Source: Polyangiaceae bacterium (GTDB taxonomy: Bacteria; Myxococcota_A; Polyangia; Polyangiales; Polyangiaceae). From it: a stretch of 64,000 nucleotides of DNA. Both the position numbers and the translations under genes were made by a program. Shown here piece by piece: positions 20,840-30,805 of this stretch. Position 1 is the stretch's first letter. Every line of letters begins with the position of its first letter. The DNA lies in NCBI GenBank assembly GCA_035063585.1, contig JAPSGB010000008.1:224001-288000 (forward strand). The letters are read 5' to 3'. The notes below the pieces were generated by a model that saw nothing but the letters and a program-made list of their open reading frames with translations, searched no databases and was not told the DNA's origin.

Positions 20840-22507
20840 TCACTCGCACGTCTCCAAGAGGCGCCGCGCGATGACGTGCGCCTGGATCTCGTTGGCCCCC
20901 TCGAAGATACTGAGCACGCGGGCGTCGACCAAGAGCCGCGACGCCAGGTACTCCTCGGCGTAGCCGTTGCCGCCGTGGATCTGGACGCAGGCGTCCGCGC
21001 TCTCCCAGGCGGCGCGGGTACCGAGGAGCTTGGCCATGCCGGCCTCGAGATCGCAGCGGCGCCCCGCGTCCTTCGCGCGCGCGGCGAACCAGGTGAGCTG
21101 CCGCGCCGCCATCACCCGCGCGATCATGCGCCCGAGCTTGCGCTGCACGCGCGGGAACTCGAAGATCGGCGCGCCGAACTGGACGCGCTCGCCTGCGTAC
21201 TTCATGGCGGTCTCGAGCGCGGCCTCGGCCACGCCGACACCGCGCGCCGCGGTCTGGATGCGCGCGCTCTCGAAGGTGACCATGAGCTGCTTGAAGCCTT
21301 GACCCTCGGCGCCGCCGAGCAGCGCGCCCGCCGGCACCGGGAAATCGTCGAAGCCTATCTCGAATTCCTTCATGCCTCGGTAGCCGAGCACCTTGATCTC
21401 GGTGCCGGTGATCCCGGGATCCGGGAACCCATCGCGCTCGGGCGCCTCTTCGCTACCGCGCGTCTTCGGTGCGAGAAACATGCTGAGCCCGGCGTAGCCC
21501 GCGTCGTCGGGGTTGGTGCGGGCGAGCAGGGTCATGAGATCGGCGCGGGTCGCGTGGGTGATCCACGTCTTGGCGCCGCTCACGCGCCACGAGCCATCGG
21601 GCTGCCGGTCGGCGCGGGTCTTGATGTGCGCGAGATCGGAGCCGAAATTCGGCTCGGTAAAGACCGCGGTGGAGAGCACCTCGCCGCTCGCGAGCCTCGG
21701 CAACCACTCGCGCTTCTGCTCCTCGGTGCCGCCGCCCAGGATGAGCTCGGCGGCGATCTCGGAGCGGGTGCCGAGCGAGCCGACCCCGATGTAGCCGCGG
21801 CTCAGCTCTTCGGTCACCACGCACATGGCGACCTTGCCGAGACCCTGGCCGCCGTACGCTTCCGGGATGGTGAGGCCGAACACCCCGAGCTCGCTCATCT
21901 TCTCGATGAGCTCCATCGGGATCAGGCGATCGTTACGGTGGATCTGCTGCGCGATGCCGTCGACCTCGCGCTCGGCGAATTTCCGGAACTCGCTCCGGAT
22001 CGCCTGGAGCGTGTCGTCGTCGTAGCCGGGCGCGCCGAAGCTCTCGGCGTCGCGCGCGAGGCGTGCGAGCTCGCAGACCGCCTCGCCCGAGCCGAACCGC
22101 GCGGCGAGCTCCTGGACCTCGGGCCTCCCGAGCGTCGCGGCGACGTCGGCCGGCTCGAGCCCGAGCTCGGAGAGCCCGATCGACTCGCAGGCGCCGAGGT
22201 TCACCCCGCCCGCGAGCTCGCGGACGAGCTCGCCCACGTACGCGCCCGCGATGGCTCGCTCCACGCCGCCGGCCGCGCCGGCCTCGACCAGACGAGCGAG
22301 CCAGGCCACGAGCTGTCGCGCTGCCTCGAGCTCGGTGGCGAGGTAGGCGAGCGCGTGAGCCGCGAGCTGGTGGCGGTCGAGGAGCTTGCTCTTGACCTTG
22401 CCGTTCTCGGTCACCCGCGCGCGGGTGTGGTCGTGGGCGCGGCGATAGAGTGCTTCGAGCGCAGCGATGGCCGGCTCGAGGGCTTCCGGGGAGAGATCGG
22501 TCGTCAC
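20840..22507 (-). CDS. mcd: (2S)-methylsuccinyl-CoA dehydrogenase
   Basis: Acyl-CoA DH with N-terminal extension (LDRHQLAAHALAYLAT), EELSRGYIGVGSLGTRSEIA, VLGYRGMKE, FESARIQTAAR, SIFEGA; GTG start. Confidence 0.88.
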   Translation of the reverse strand: MTTDLSPEALEPAIAALEALYRRAHDHTRARVTENGKVKSKLLDRHQLAAHALAYLATELEAARQLVAWLARLVEAGAAGGVERAIAGAYVGELVRELAGGVNLGACESIGLSELGLEPADVAATLGRPEVQELAARFGSGEAVCELARLARDAESFGAPGYDDDTLQAIRSEFRKFAEREVDGIAQQIHRNDRLIPMELIEKMSELGVFGLTIPEAYGGQGLGKVAMCVVTEELSRGYIGVGSLGTRSEIAAELILGGGTEEQKREWLPRLASGEVLSTAVFTEPNFGSDLAHIKTRADRQPDGSWRVSGAKTWITHATRADLMTLLARTNPDDAGYAGLSMFLAPKTRGSEEAPERDGFPDPGITGTEIKVLGYRGMKEFEIGFDDFPVPAGALLGGAEGQGFKQLMVTFESARIQTAARGVGVAEAALETAMKYAGERVQFGAPIFEFPRVQRKLGRMIARVMAARQLTWFAARAKDAGRRCDLEAGMAKLLGTRAAWESADACVQIHGGNGYAEEYLASRLLVDARVLSIFEGANEIQAHVIARRLLETCE

Positions 22508-22566
22508 GGGCTGCCTCCCGTTCGAGGGCAAAGCGCGAGGTTTCCTAGGCTTTTCTGCGCGCCGCG

Positions 22567-23439
22567 TCAACCGGCGGCGGCGAGCGCGTCGGCGAGCGCG
22601 ACCAGCCGCTCGGCTTCCGCCGCGTGGAGGCTCTCGACCAGCTTGCCGTCGAGGACGGCGACGCCGGCGCCGCCCTCGCGCGCGGCCTGGAACGCCGCCA
22701 TCACGCGGCGGGCGTGCTCGATCGCGGCCGGGGCCGGCGAGAAGACCTCGTTGCACGCCGCGACCTGCTTCGGGTGGATGAGCGTCTTGCCGTCGAAGCC
22801 GAGCTCGAGCCCCTGCTGGCAGGCGGCGCGGAAGCCGGCCTCGTCGTCGAGGTCGAGGTGCACCCCGTCGAGGATCGACAGGTGATGGGCGCGCGCGGCG
22901 AGCAGGCAGAGCCCGAGCGAGGTCAGCATGGGCAGCCGCTCGCGAGTGTGGAGCGCGTGGAGATCCTTGGAGAGATCGCTGGTGCCCATGACGAGGCACG
23001 CGACCCGCGGGCTCGCGCTCGCGATCGACTCGACGCGCAGGACGCCGAGCGGGGTCTCCATCATGCACCAGAGCACGGTGTCATGGGCGCCCGCCTCGTC
23101 GAGCGCGCGCGCGGCCAGGGCGACCGTCTCGGGGCGCTCCACCTTGGGCAGGAGCACCGCGTGCGGGCGCGCCGCGCTCGCCGCCGCGAGATCCGCCGCG
23201 CCCCACGGGGTGTCCGCGCCGTTCACGCGGATGATGACCTCCCGCGAGCCGTAGCCGCCCTCGCGGGCGTTCTTGCACACGAGCTCGCGCGCCGCCTCCT
23301 TGGCGTCCGGCGCGGTCGCGTCCTCGAGGTCGAGGATGAGCCCGTCGACGGGGAGCATCTTGGCCTTCTCCTGGGCTCGCGCGTTCGAGCCCGGCATGTA
23401 GAGGACGCTGCGCCTGGGGCGGATCGGGTGCCGGGTCAT
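22567..23439 (-). CDS. mcl2: CitE-family protein, (3S)-malyl-CoA thioesterase-like
   Basis: RRSVLYMPGSN, DLEDA, RVNG, METP, MGTSDL, GFDGKTLIHPKQ. Confidence 0.75.
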   Translation of the reverse strand: MTRHPIRPRRSVLYMPGSNARAQEKAKMLPVDGLILDLEDATAPDAKEAARELVCKNAREGGYGSREVIIRVNGADTPWGAADLAAASAARPHAVLLPKVERPETVALAARALDEAGAHDTVLWCMMETPLGVLRVESIASASPRVACLVMGTSDLSKDLHALHTRERLPMLTSLGLCLLAARAHHLSILDGVHLDLDDEAGFRAACQQGLELGFDGKTLIHPKQVAACNEVFSPAPAAIEHARRVMAAFQAAREGGAGVAVLDGKLVESLHAAEAERLVALADALAAAG

Positions 23440-23455
23440 GTGGTAGCTATACCGC

Positions 23456-24505
23456 ATGAAGAGCTACCGTGACTTCTATCATCCGCTCGCCGTCGGCGCG
23501 CCCGCGCCGCTCCGGGAGATCCCCGCGCGCCCGAGCCGAATGATCCACTTTTTCGACCCGTCGAACCCGCGCATGGCCGCCAAGGTCCCGAGCCTCGCGG
23601 CGCAGGTCGACATCCTGCTCGGGAACCTCGAGGACGCCATCCCGAGCGACAAGAAGCTCGAGGCACGCGAAGGGATGACGAAGATCGGCGCGGAGACCGA
23701 CTTCGGCGAGACGCAGCTCTGGGTGCGAGTGAACGCGCTCCACAGCCCCTGGTTCCTCGACGACATGACGGCGCTGGTCGGCGCCATCGGACACAAGCTC
23801 GACGTCATCATGCTCCCGAAGGTCGAGGGCCCGTGGGACATCCACTACGTCGACCAACTCCTCGCCCAGCTCGAGGCCAAGCACCAACTGCGGCGCCCCA
23901 TCCTCGTCCACGCGCTCCTCGAGACCGCGAGCGGCGTGAACCACGTCGAAGAGATCGCGCGCTCGAGCCCGCGCATGCAAGGCATGAGCCTCGGGCCCGC
24001 CGATCTCGCGGCCTCGCGCCGCATGAAGACGACCCGCGTCGGCGGCGGGCATCCGGGCTACCTCGTGCGCGCCGATCCCGATCCGCAGCACCCTGACGCG
24101 CCCCGTGCCGGCATGCAGCAAGATCTCTGGCACTATACCCTCGCGCGCATGGTCGACGCCTGCGCCGAGCACGGCATCCTGCCGTTCTACGGGCCGTTCG
24201 GCGACATCGCCGACACGCTCGCCTGCGAGGACCAGTTCCGCAACGCGTTCCTGATGGGCTGCGTCGGCGCGTGGTCGCTCCACCCGAACCAGGTCGCGAT
24301 CGCCAAGCGCGTCTTCAGCCCGCCGCCCGACGAGGTCGCCTGGGCGCGCCGCGTGGTCGACGCCATGGGCGACGGCACCGGCGCCGTCATGCTCGACGGC
24401 AAGATGCAGGACGACGCGACGTACAAGCAGTGTAAGGTGATGCTCGAGCTCGCGCGCCTCATCGCCAGCCGCGATCCCGAGATGAGAGCGGCCTACGGGC
24501 TCTGA
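23456..24505 (+). CDS. mcl: L-malyl-CoA/beta-methylmalyl-CoA lyase (long type)
   Basis: [62 protein letters not shown]. Confidence 0.88.
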   Translation: MKSYRDFYHPLAVGAPAPLREIPARPSRMIHFFDPSNPRMAAKVPSLAAQVDILLGNLEDAIPSDKKLEAREGMTKIGAETDFGETQLWVRVNALHSPWFLDDMTALVGAIGHKLDVIMLPKVEGPWDIHYVDQLLAQLEAKHQLRRPILVHALLETASGVNHVEEIARSSPRMQGMSLGPADLAASRRMKTTRVGGGHPGYLVRADPDPQHPDAPRAGMQQDLWHYTLARMVDACAEHGILPFYGPFGDIADTLACEDQFRNAFLMGCVGAWSLHPNQVAIAKRVFSPPPDEVAWARRVVDAMGDGTGAVMLDGKMQDDATYKQCKVMLELARLIASRDPEMRAAYGL

Positions 24506-24517
24506 GGGGGAGGGAGG

Positions 24518-26374
24518 GTGACGCTCCGGCGGCTCGCGACCGCGCTCAGGAAGAGCGCTCGCGCGACGCCGCTCGAGCTCGGGCTGCTCGGACGCACGCT
24601 GCTCCACGCCGCGCTGGTGGGCGCGGCCTCGGGGCTCATCGGCTCCTTCTTCTTCTGGGCGCTCGGGTTCACCGAGCGGATGGCGCTCGAGCACCTCGCC
24701 GGCTATCGACCGCTCCGCGCGGCCGGCGAGGGGATGCTCATCGACGACGGCAACACGCCGTTCCGGCCCTGGCTGCTCTGGGCGCTGCCGGCCGTCGGGG
24801 CGCTGCTCGGTGGCATCTTGTCGTTCCGCTGGGCGCCCGAGACACAAGGGGGCGGCGCGGACGCCATCATCGCCTCGTTCCATCAGGAAAATGCGACCGT
24901 GCGGCGGCGGGTCTTCGGCATCAAGACCATAGCCTCGGTGCTCACGCTCGGCTTCGGCGGGTCCGGAGGGCGTGAGGGGCCGACCATGCAGATCGGCGGC
25001 GCCATCGGCTCGATGGTGGCGCGGGTGCTCAAGGTGTCGGCGCGCGAGCGGCGGATCTTGCTGGTGGCAGGGCTCGCCGGGAGCATGTCCGCGGTGTTCC
25101 GCGCCCCGCTCGGGGCGGCGCTCCTCGCGGTCGAGGTGATGTACACGAACGACTTCGAGTCGGACGCCCTGGTCCCGAGCGTGCTCGCGAGCGTGGTCGC
25201 GTACTCGGTATTCATCTCGTTCTTCGGTGAATCGACGCTGTTTTCGCATGCCGCGCACTACCCGTTCATCCCGGCGCAGCTGCCGCTCTACGGGCTCCTC
25301 GCGCTCTTCGTGAGCCTCGCCGGGATCTTCTTTCTATGGACGCTGCGCGGCGTAAGACGGCTGACCCTGCGCGTCCCGCTCCCGGGCTGGGCGCGCCCGG
25401 CGCTCGGCGGCCTCGCGCTCGGCGGGCTGGTGGTCCCGCTCCTACTCGTCTTCGGGCCTCGCGTGGGCGGCCCCGGGCAGGGGCTCGGCATCCTCGGTGG
25501 CGGTTACGGCGCCGCGCAGCTCGCCATCTCGGGAGCGTCGTGGCTCGCCGACGGGTGGCACGGCGCGGGGCTCTTGCTCCTGCTCGGCGTGCTCAAGATC
25601 GTCGGGACCTCGCTCACCATCGGCTCGGGCGGCTCCGCTGGCGATTTCGGGCCATCGCTGGTCATCGGCGGACTGCTCGGCGGCGCGTTCGGGCGCGCCG
25701 CCGAGCTCCTCCTCCACGACCCTCGGATCGACCCTGGCGCGTTCGCCATGGTGGGCATGGGGATCTTCTACGGCGGGCTCGCGCACGTGCCGATCGCGTC
25801 GATGGTGATGGTGTGCGAGCTCGCTGGCAGCTACGAGCTCCTGGTGCCGCTCATGCTCGCGGAGGGCGTGGTGTTCGTGCTCCTCCGGCATCGCCGGCTC
25901 TACGAGTCGCAGGTCGACACCAAGCGTGACTCTCCCGCGCACCGCGGGGATCTCGTGTTCGACGTGCTGAAGGAGGTCCGCATCAAGGACGTGATGATCG
26001 CGGGGCGGCCGTTCCGGAGCTTCTATCGACGCACTCCCGCCTCCGAGGTCATCCGGGAGATCGGCGCGAGCGAGTGGCAGGACGCCTTCCCGGTGCACGA
26101 CGCCGACGGGCGGCTGGTCGGCGTGGTGAGCGCCGACGTGCTCCGCGCCCTGAGCGCGGATCCGGAGCTCGCCGCCCTCACCCTCGCCGATGACCTCATG
26201 ACCGCGCCGGTCGCGGCGCGCCTCGACGACGACCTCCACACGGCGCTCGAAGTGCTCCTCGAGCACGGCGTGCGCGAGGTGCTGGTGACCGACGCGACCG
26301 GGAAGATCGTGGGGTTTCTCGACGAGTCGGAGATCACCAACGCCTACCTGGGCGCGACCACGCGGCCCGAATGA
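24518..26374 (+). CDS. ClC chloride channel/antiporter with C-terminal CBS domains
   Basis: GREGP gating motif, FRAPLG, GSGGSAG, CBS pair. Confidence 0.92.
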   Translation: MTLRRLATALRKSARATPLELGLLGRTLLHAALVGAASGLIGSFFFWALGFTERMALEHLAGYRPLRAAGEGMLIDDGNTPFRPWLLWALPAVGALLGGILSFRWAPETQGGGADAIIASFHQENATVRRRVFGIKTIASVLTLGFGGSGGREGPTMQIGGAIGSMVARVLKVSARERRILLVAGLAGSMSAVFRAPLGAALLAVEVMYTNDFESDALVPSVLASVVAYSVFISFFGESTLFSHAAHYPFIPAQLPLYGLLALFVSLAGIFFLWTLRGVRRLTLRVPLPGWARPALGGLALGGLVVPLLLVFGPRVGGPGQGLGILGGGYGAAQLAISGASWLADGWHGAGLLLLLGVLKIVGTSLTIGSGGSAGDFGPSLVIGGLLGGAFGRAAELLLHDPRIDPGAFAMVGMGIFYGGLAHVPIASMVMVCELAGSYELLVPLMLAEGVVFVLLRHRRLYESQVDTKRDSPAHRGDLVFDVLKEVRIKDVMIAGRPFRSFYRRTPASEVIREIGASEWQDAFPVHDADGRLVGVVSADVLRALSADPELAALTLADDLMTAPVAARLDDDLHTALEVLLEHGVREVLVTDATGKIVGFLDESEITNAYLGATTRPE

Positions 26375-26414
26375 GCCGGCGCGCGCCGCGCGGGCCGGCG
26401 CTTTCGCGGCGCGG

Positions 26415-26442
26415 TTGATTTTGCCGCGACGTGTCATAGGAT
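26415..26442 (+). promoter_or_regulatory. Putative sigma70-type promoter of ccr
   Basis: TTGATT-N16-TAGGAT ending 11 nt before the ATG at 26454. Confidence 0.5.
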
Positions 26443-26453
26443 GCGCGGCCGCG

Positions 26454-27701
26454 ATGACGAAGTCACTCTTCGAGCTGGGTGAGGTTCCGGAGCTGGGTGA
26501 GGTTCCGGAGCAGATGTTGGCCCAGGTCATCCGGCGCGAGCGCTTCGGGGAGCCGGCGACCGCGTTCCAGCGCGAGGTCCTGGCGGTGCCCGAGCTCGGG
26601 CCGCGCGACGTGCTCATCTACGTGATGGCGGCCGGAGTGAACTACAACAACGTGTGGGCCGGGCTCGGCGTCCCACTCGACGTCATCAAGTCGCGGCAAA
26701 AGGCGGGCGAGCCGGAGGATTTCCACGTGGGCGGCTCCGACGCGAGCGGCATCGTGTGGAAGGTGGGCGAGGCCGTCACCGGCGTGAAGGTCGGCGACGA
26801 GGTGGTCGTGCACTGCGGCTGGTGGGCGCCCGACGATCCGGACGTCCTCGCCGGCAAGGACCCGATGCTGGCCGGCAGCCAGAAGATCTGGGGCTACGAG
26901 ACCAACTACGGCAGCTTCGCGCAGTTTGCTCGCGTGCAGGATCACCAGTGCCTGCCAAAGCCGAAGCGCCTCTCATGGGAGGAGGCGGCGGCGTACATGC
27001 TGGTCGGCGCGACCGCGTACCGCATGCTCCACGGCTGGACGGGCAACGAGGTCAAGCCGGGCGACGCGGTGCTCATCTGGGGCGGCGCCGGCGGGCTCGG
27101 CTCGATGGCGATCCAAATCGTGAAGGCCGCCGGCGCGAAGGCGGTCGCCGTCGTGAGCAGCGAGGACAAGTTCGACTACTGCCGTGAGCTCGGCGCGGCC
27201 GGCGTCATCAATCGGAAGGATTTTCACCACTTTGGCATGCTGCCGCACTGGAAGGACGACGCCGCCTACGGCGAGTGGTTGAAAGGTGCGCGCGCGTTCG
27301 GTCGCGCCTTCTGGGACGCGCTCGGCGAGCGGCGAAATCCGCAGATCGTCTTCGAGCACCCGGGCGAGTCCACCGTGCCGACCAGCGTGTTCGTGTGCGA
27401 CACGGGCGGCATGGTGGTCATCTGCGCCGGCACCACCGGCTATAACGCCACGCTCGATCTTCGTTACCACTGGATGCGTCAGAAGCGCTTCCAGGGCTCG
27501 CACTTCGCGAATGACGAGCAGGCGAGGGGGCTGAACGAGCTGGTGAGCGCCGGCAAGGTCGATCCGTGCCTCTCGCGCGTGTTCGACTTCGAGGAGACGG
27601 GCGTGTGCCACCAGCTCATGCGCGACAACCTGCACCCGAGCGGCAACATGGCCATCCTCGTGAACGCGCGGACCCGCGGCGAGACGACGCTCCGCCGCTG
27701 A
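26454..27701 (+). CDS. ccr: Crotonyl-CoA carboxylase/reductase
   Basis: [55 protein letters not shown] (CO2-binding Asn/Glu/His present). Confidence 0.95.
   Translation: MTKSLFELGEVPELGEVPEQMLAQVIRRERFGEPATAFQREVLAVPELGPRDVLIYVMAAGVNYNNVWAGLGVPLDVIKSRQKAGEPEDFHVGGSDASGIVWKVGEAVTGVKVGDEVVVHCGWWAPDDPDVLAGKDPMLAGSQKIWGYETNYGSFAQFARVQDHQCLPKPKRLSWEEAAAYMLVGATAYRMLHGWTGNEVKPGDAVLIWGGAGGLGSMAIQIVKAAGAKAVAVVSSEDKFDYCRELGAAGVINRKDFHHFGMLPHWKDDAAYGEWLKGARAFGRAFWDALGERRNPQIVFEHPGESTVPTSVFVCDTGGMVVICAGTTGYNATLDLRYHWMRQKRFQGSHFANDEQARGLNELVSAGKVDPCLSRVFDFEETGVCHQLMRDNLHPSGNMAILVNARTRGETTLRR
26472..26511 (+). repeat. Perfect 18-bp tandem duplication in the ccr 5' end
   Basis: GAGCTGGGTGAGGTTCCG x2 (+GAGC), encoding [12 protein letters not shown]. 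Confidence 0.8.
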
Positions 27702-27710
27702 GCGCGCGCG

Positions 27711-27848
27711 TCACCGAATCGCGGCGGCCGGCGCCGCGCTCGCGCCGGTCGGCGCCACGATGAAGCCGACACCGAGCATCAAGAGCAGGCCGACGGCGAA
27801 GCCGATGAGGCCGTTGCGGAGCAGGGGGCGAAGCTCGGACGTGGTCAT
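27711..27848 (-). CDS. Small 45-aa hydrophobic/signal-peptide-like protein (not in ORF track)
   Basis: MTTSELRPLLRNGLIGFAVGLLLMLGVGFIVAPTGASAAPAAAIR*; G/C-ending codons; directly behind a sigma54 site. Confidence 0.65.
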   Translation of the reverse strand: MTTSELRPLLRNGLIGFAVGLLLMLGVGFIVAPTGASAAPAAAIR

Positions 27849-27861
27849 GGTCGAGAGTGAA

Positions 27862-27878
27862 AGCAACGCACGTGCCAA
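27862..27878 (-). promoter_or_regulatory. sigma54 (-24/-12) promoter
   Basis: TTGGCACGTGCGTTGCT = TGGCACG-N4-TTGC consensus; AT-rich tract just upstream. Confidence 0.8.
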
Positions 27879-28067
27879 GCGAAATTCAGGGATTTTCAGC
27901 CGTGCTCGGCTCGCACCGTGAACTCTGTGCCAGCGCGTGTGCCAAACGAGCGGCGCCGAGTGCCGTTTCGGCGCGGCCGGCGTCCCGTCTCGAGCCGGCG
28001 GCGAACCGGCGCCGGCCGCGCCGGACCGACCCCTGGCCCCTTTGGCGAGCGCCGCCGCCGGACGCCC

Positions 28068-30353
28068 TCACGAGGCGGGCGCGGTTGCCTTCGCGGTGAC
28101 GTCGAAGACGAGCTTGCCGTCGCGGAAATCGACCACGAGCGCGCCGCCGTGCTCGAGCTCGCCGAAGAGCAGCGCGTCGCCGAGCGGGCGCTTGAGCTCA
28201 TCCTGGATGAGGCGGGCGAGGGGACGCGCGCCGTTGTCTTTGTCGTAACCGTCCGTGGCGAGGTGCTCGCGCGCGGCTCGGGTGAGTGAGACGGTGACCT
28301 CGCGCTCGGCGAGCTGCTCGGCGAGCTCCTTCACGAATTTGTCGACGACCAGACCCATCACCTCGGGCGACAGCGGATCGAACGCGATGCGCGCGTCGAG
28401 TCGGTTTCGGAACTCCGGGCTGAAGGTGCGCTTGAAGGCGGCGTCGTCGCGCCCGCTCGAGTCGCGCTCGCCGAAGCCGAGCGGGCGCCGGGCGAGATCG
28501 GCGGCGCCGACGTTGCTCGTCATGATGAGGACGACGTGGCGGAAATCAGCCTTCTTGCCGTTGTTGTCGGTGAGCGTGCCGTGATCCATCACCTGGAGGA
28601 GCACGTTGAAGACGTCGGGGTGCGCCTTCTCGATCTCATCGAGCAGGAGCACCATGTGCGGCGTCTTGGCGATCGCCTCGGTGAGCAGCCCCCCGCGGTC
28701 GTAGCCGACGTAGCCCGGCGGCGCGCCGATCAGCCGCGAGACGGTGTGCCGCTCCATGTACTCGCTCATGTCGAAGCGGCAGAGCTCGATGCCCATGGTC
28801 TTCGCGAGCTGGCGGGCGACCTCCGTCTTGCCGACGCCGGTCGGCCCGGTGAAGAGATACGAGCCGATGGGCTTGTCGGGCGGGCGGAGCCCGGCGCGGC
28901 TCAGCTTGATGGCGGTCGCGAGCTCGCCGATGGCGCGATCCTGACCGAAGACCACCTGCGCGAGATCGGTCTCCAGGTTCCGTAGGGCCGTCTTGTCGTC
29001 GGTGCTCACCTGCCGCGGCGGGATCTGCGCCATGCGCGCCACCACCGCCTCGACCCGAGCGACCTCGACCACCGCGCGCTCGCCGTCCTCGAGCTTGGCG
29101 TCCGCCCCGGACTCGTCGAGCAAATCGATGGCCTTGTCGGGCTGCTTGCGATCGAAGAGGTGCTTGTCGGCGAGCGTCGCGCAGGCGCGGACGGCCTCGT
29201 CGCGGTAGGTGACGCCGTGGAACTCCTCGTAGCGCGGGCGGAGCCCTTCGAGGATTTGCACGGTCTCCTCGAGCGAGGGCTCGAGCACCTCGATCTTCTG
29301 GAAGCGGCGCGCGAGCGCGCGATCACGCTCGAGGTGCGAGCGATACTCCTCGAAGGTGGTCGCGCCGATGCAGCGGAGCTTCCCGCCCGCGAGCGCCGGC
29401 TTCAGGAGGTTCGCGGCGTCGAGGGCGCCGCCGCTCGCCGCCCCCGCCCCGATGATGGTGTGGAGCTCGTCGACGAACAAGATGGAACCCGGGCGCCCCT
29501 CGAGCTCCTTCAGCACGGCCTTGATGCGGTTCTCGAAGTCACCGCGGAACTTGGTGCCGGCGAGGAGCGCGCCCATGTCGAGCGCGTACACCACCGCCGA
29601 CTCGAGCGGCTTGGGCACCTCGTGCGCCGCGATCCTCGCGGCTAGCCCCTCGACGATGGCCGTCTTGCCGACGCCCGCGTCACCCACGAACACGGGGTTG
29701 TTCTTGCGGCGGCGGCTGAGCACCTGGATCGCGCGGCGGAGCTCCTTCTCGCGGCCGACCAGCGGCTCGAGCTCGCCGGCGAGCGCGCGCTCGTTCAGGT
29801 TCGTGGTGAAGCGCGCGAGCGCGTCCTTGCCGGGGAGCTCGCGCGAGCCGCCCGGGGACTCCTCGTCGTCCAGGTCGTCGACGCCGCCCGCCTCGCGCAA
29901 GAGATCGTCCGGGCCGCCGTCCTTCACGGTGCCGTGCGAGACGTAGCTCACGACGTCGTAGCGCGTCACGCCGACCTCGCCGAGCGCCTGGACCGCGTCC
30001 GAGTCCGCCTCGGAGAAGATCGCGATGAGCACGTTCTCGCCCTTGAGCTCCTGCTTGCCGCTCGACTCGACGTGGAGCGCGGCGCGCTGGAGCACGCGCT
30101 GAAACCCGCGCGAGGGGGCCGGATCGACGGGCTGCCCGTCGGGAGCGCGGGGCAGGTCGTCGTCCAGGAAGCGCGCGAGGCGCGCCTTGAGCTTGCCGAC
30201 GTCTCCCCCGCACTTCGCGACCACGCGCGCCGTGCCCTCGTCGAAGAGCAGCGCGTAGAGCAGGTGTTCGACCGTCATGAGGTCGTGCCCGCGGCGCTCC
30301 GCCTCGCGGGCAGCGAGGGAAATGGCGATCTCGACTTCGGCGCTGATCTTCAC
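28068..30353 (-). CDS. clpA: ATP-dependent Clp protease ATPase subunit ClpA
   Basis: Clp N-domain (EHLLYAL), GDAGVGKT, GPTGVGKT, DMSEYMERHTVSRLIGAPPGYVG; downstream of clpS; GTG start. Confidence 0.95.
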   Translation of the reverse strand: MKISAEVEIAISLAAREAERRGHDLMTVEHLLYALLFDEGTARVVAKCGGDVGKLKARLARFLDDDLPRAPDGQPVDPAPSRGFQRVLQRAALHVESSGKQELKGENVLIAIFSEADSDAVQALGEVGVTRYDVVSYVSHGTVKDGGPDDLLREAGGVDDLDDEESPGGSRELPGKDALARFTTNLNERALAGELEPLVGREKELRRAIQVLSRRRKNNPVFVGDAGVGKTAIVEGLAARIAAHEVPKPLESAVVYALDMGALLAGTKFRGDFENRIKAVLKELEGRPGSILFVDELHTIIGAGAASGGALDAANLLKPALAGGKLRCIGATTFEEYRSHLERDRALARRFQKIEVLEPSLEETVQILEGLRPRYEEFHGVTYRDEAVRACATLADKHLFDRKQPDKAIDLLDESGADAKLEDGERAVVEVARVEAVVARMAQIPPRQVSTDDKTALRNLETDLAQVVFGQDRAIGELATAIKLSRAGLRPPDKPIGSYLFTGPTGVGKTEVARQLAKTMGIELCRFDMSEYMERHTVSRLIGAPPGYVGYDRGGLLTEAIAKTPHMVLLLDEIEKAHPDVFNVLLQVMDHGTLTDNNGKKADFRHVVLIMTSNVGAADLARRPLGFGERDSSGRDDAAFKRTFSPEFRNRLDARIAFDPLSPEVMGLVVDKFVKELAEQLAEREVTVSLTRAAREHLATDGYDKDNGARPLARLIQDELKRPLGDALLFGELEHGGALVVDFRDGKLVFDVTAKATAPAS

Positions 30354-30404
30354 GGCAGTGGCACAGATCTTGTGTCTCCGGGGGGGCCTCGGCAAGCCCG
30401 CGGC

Positions 30405-30752
30405 TCACCCGTCGCTCTCGCCCGACTCCTCGGGCTCGGCGGTGCAGCGGAGCGGGTGACCGTGCTCCTTGGCGAAATCCATCACCTGAGCGACCTTGGT
30501 CTCGGCCACGTCGCGGCTATAGACGCCGACGATGCCGTAGCCCTTGTGGTGGACGCTCAGCATGATCTGGGTGGCTTCCGTCTCGCTCTTGAAGAAGAAC
30601 TTCATGATGACGACGATCACGAACTCCATGGTCGTGTAGTCGTCGTTGTGGAGCACGACCTGATAGCGCCGAGGCTTCTTCGCCCGGCGCTCCTCGGCGA
30701 CGCCGAGCTCGCCCGCTTCCTCGTGCTCCGGATCTGGCCGCTCGGTCGCCAT
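30405..30752 (-). CDS. clpS: Clp protease adaptor ClpS
   Basis: [34 protein letters not shown]. Confidence 0.96.
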   Translation of the reverse strand: MATERPDPEHEEAGELGVAEERRAKKPRRYQVVLHNDDYTTMEFVIVVIMKFFFKSETEATQIMLSVHHKGYGIVGVYSRDVAETKVAQVMDFAKEHGHPLRCTAEPEESGESDG

Positions 30753-30805
30753 CGCCGAGCGAGCTTACCAAGTTATGTCCGCGCGTGGGCGGCGTCGAGG
30801 GGTGC

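Noticed and set aside
19738..24505. 3-hydroxypropionate bicycle (autotrophy)
   Set aside because: Mcl and Mch are shared with it, but no malonyl-CoA reductase or propionyl-CoA synthase is seen, and ccr/ecm/mcd point to the EMC pathway
27929..27945. Second sigma54 promoter
   Set aside because: TGGCAC is present but the -12 position reads CTGG, not TTGC; treated as an upstream repeat
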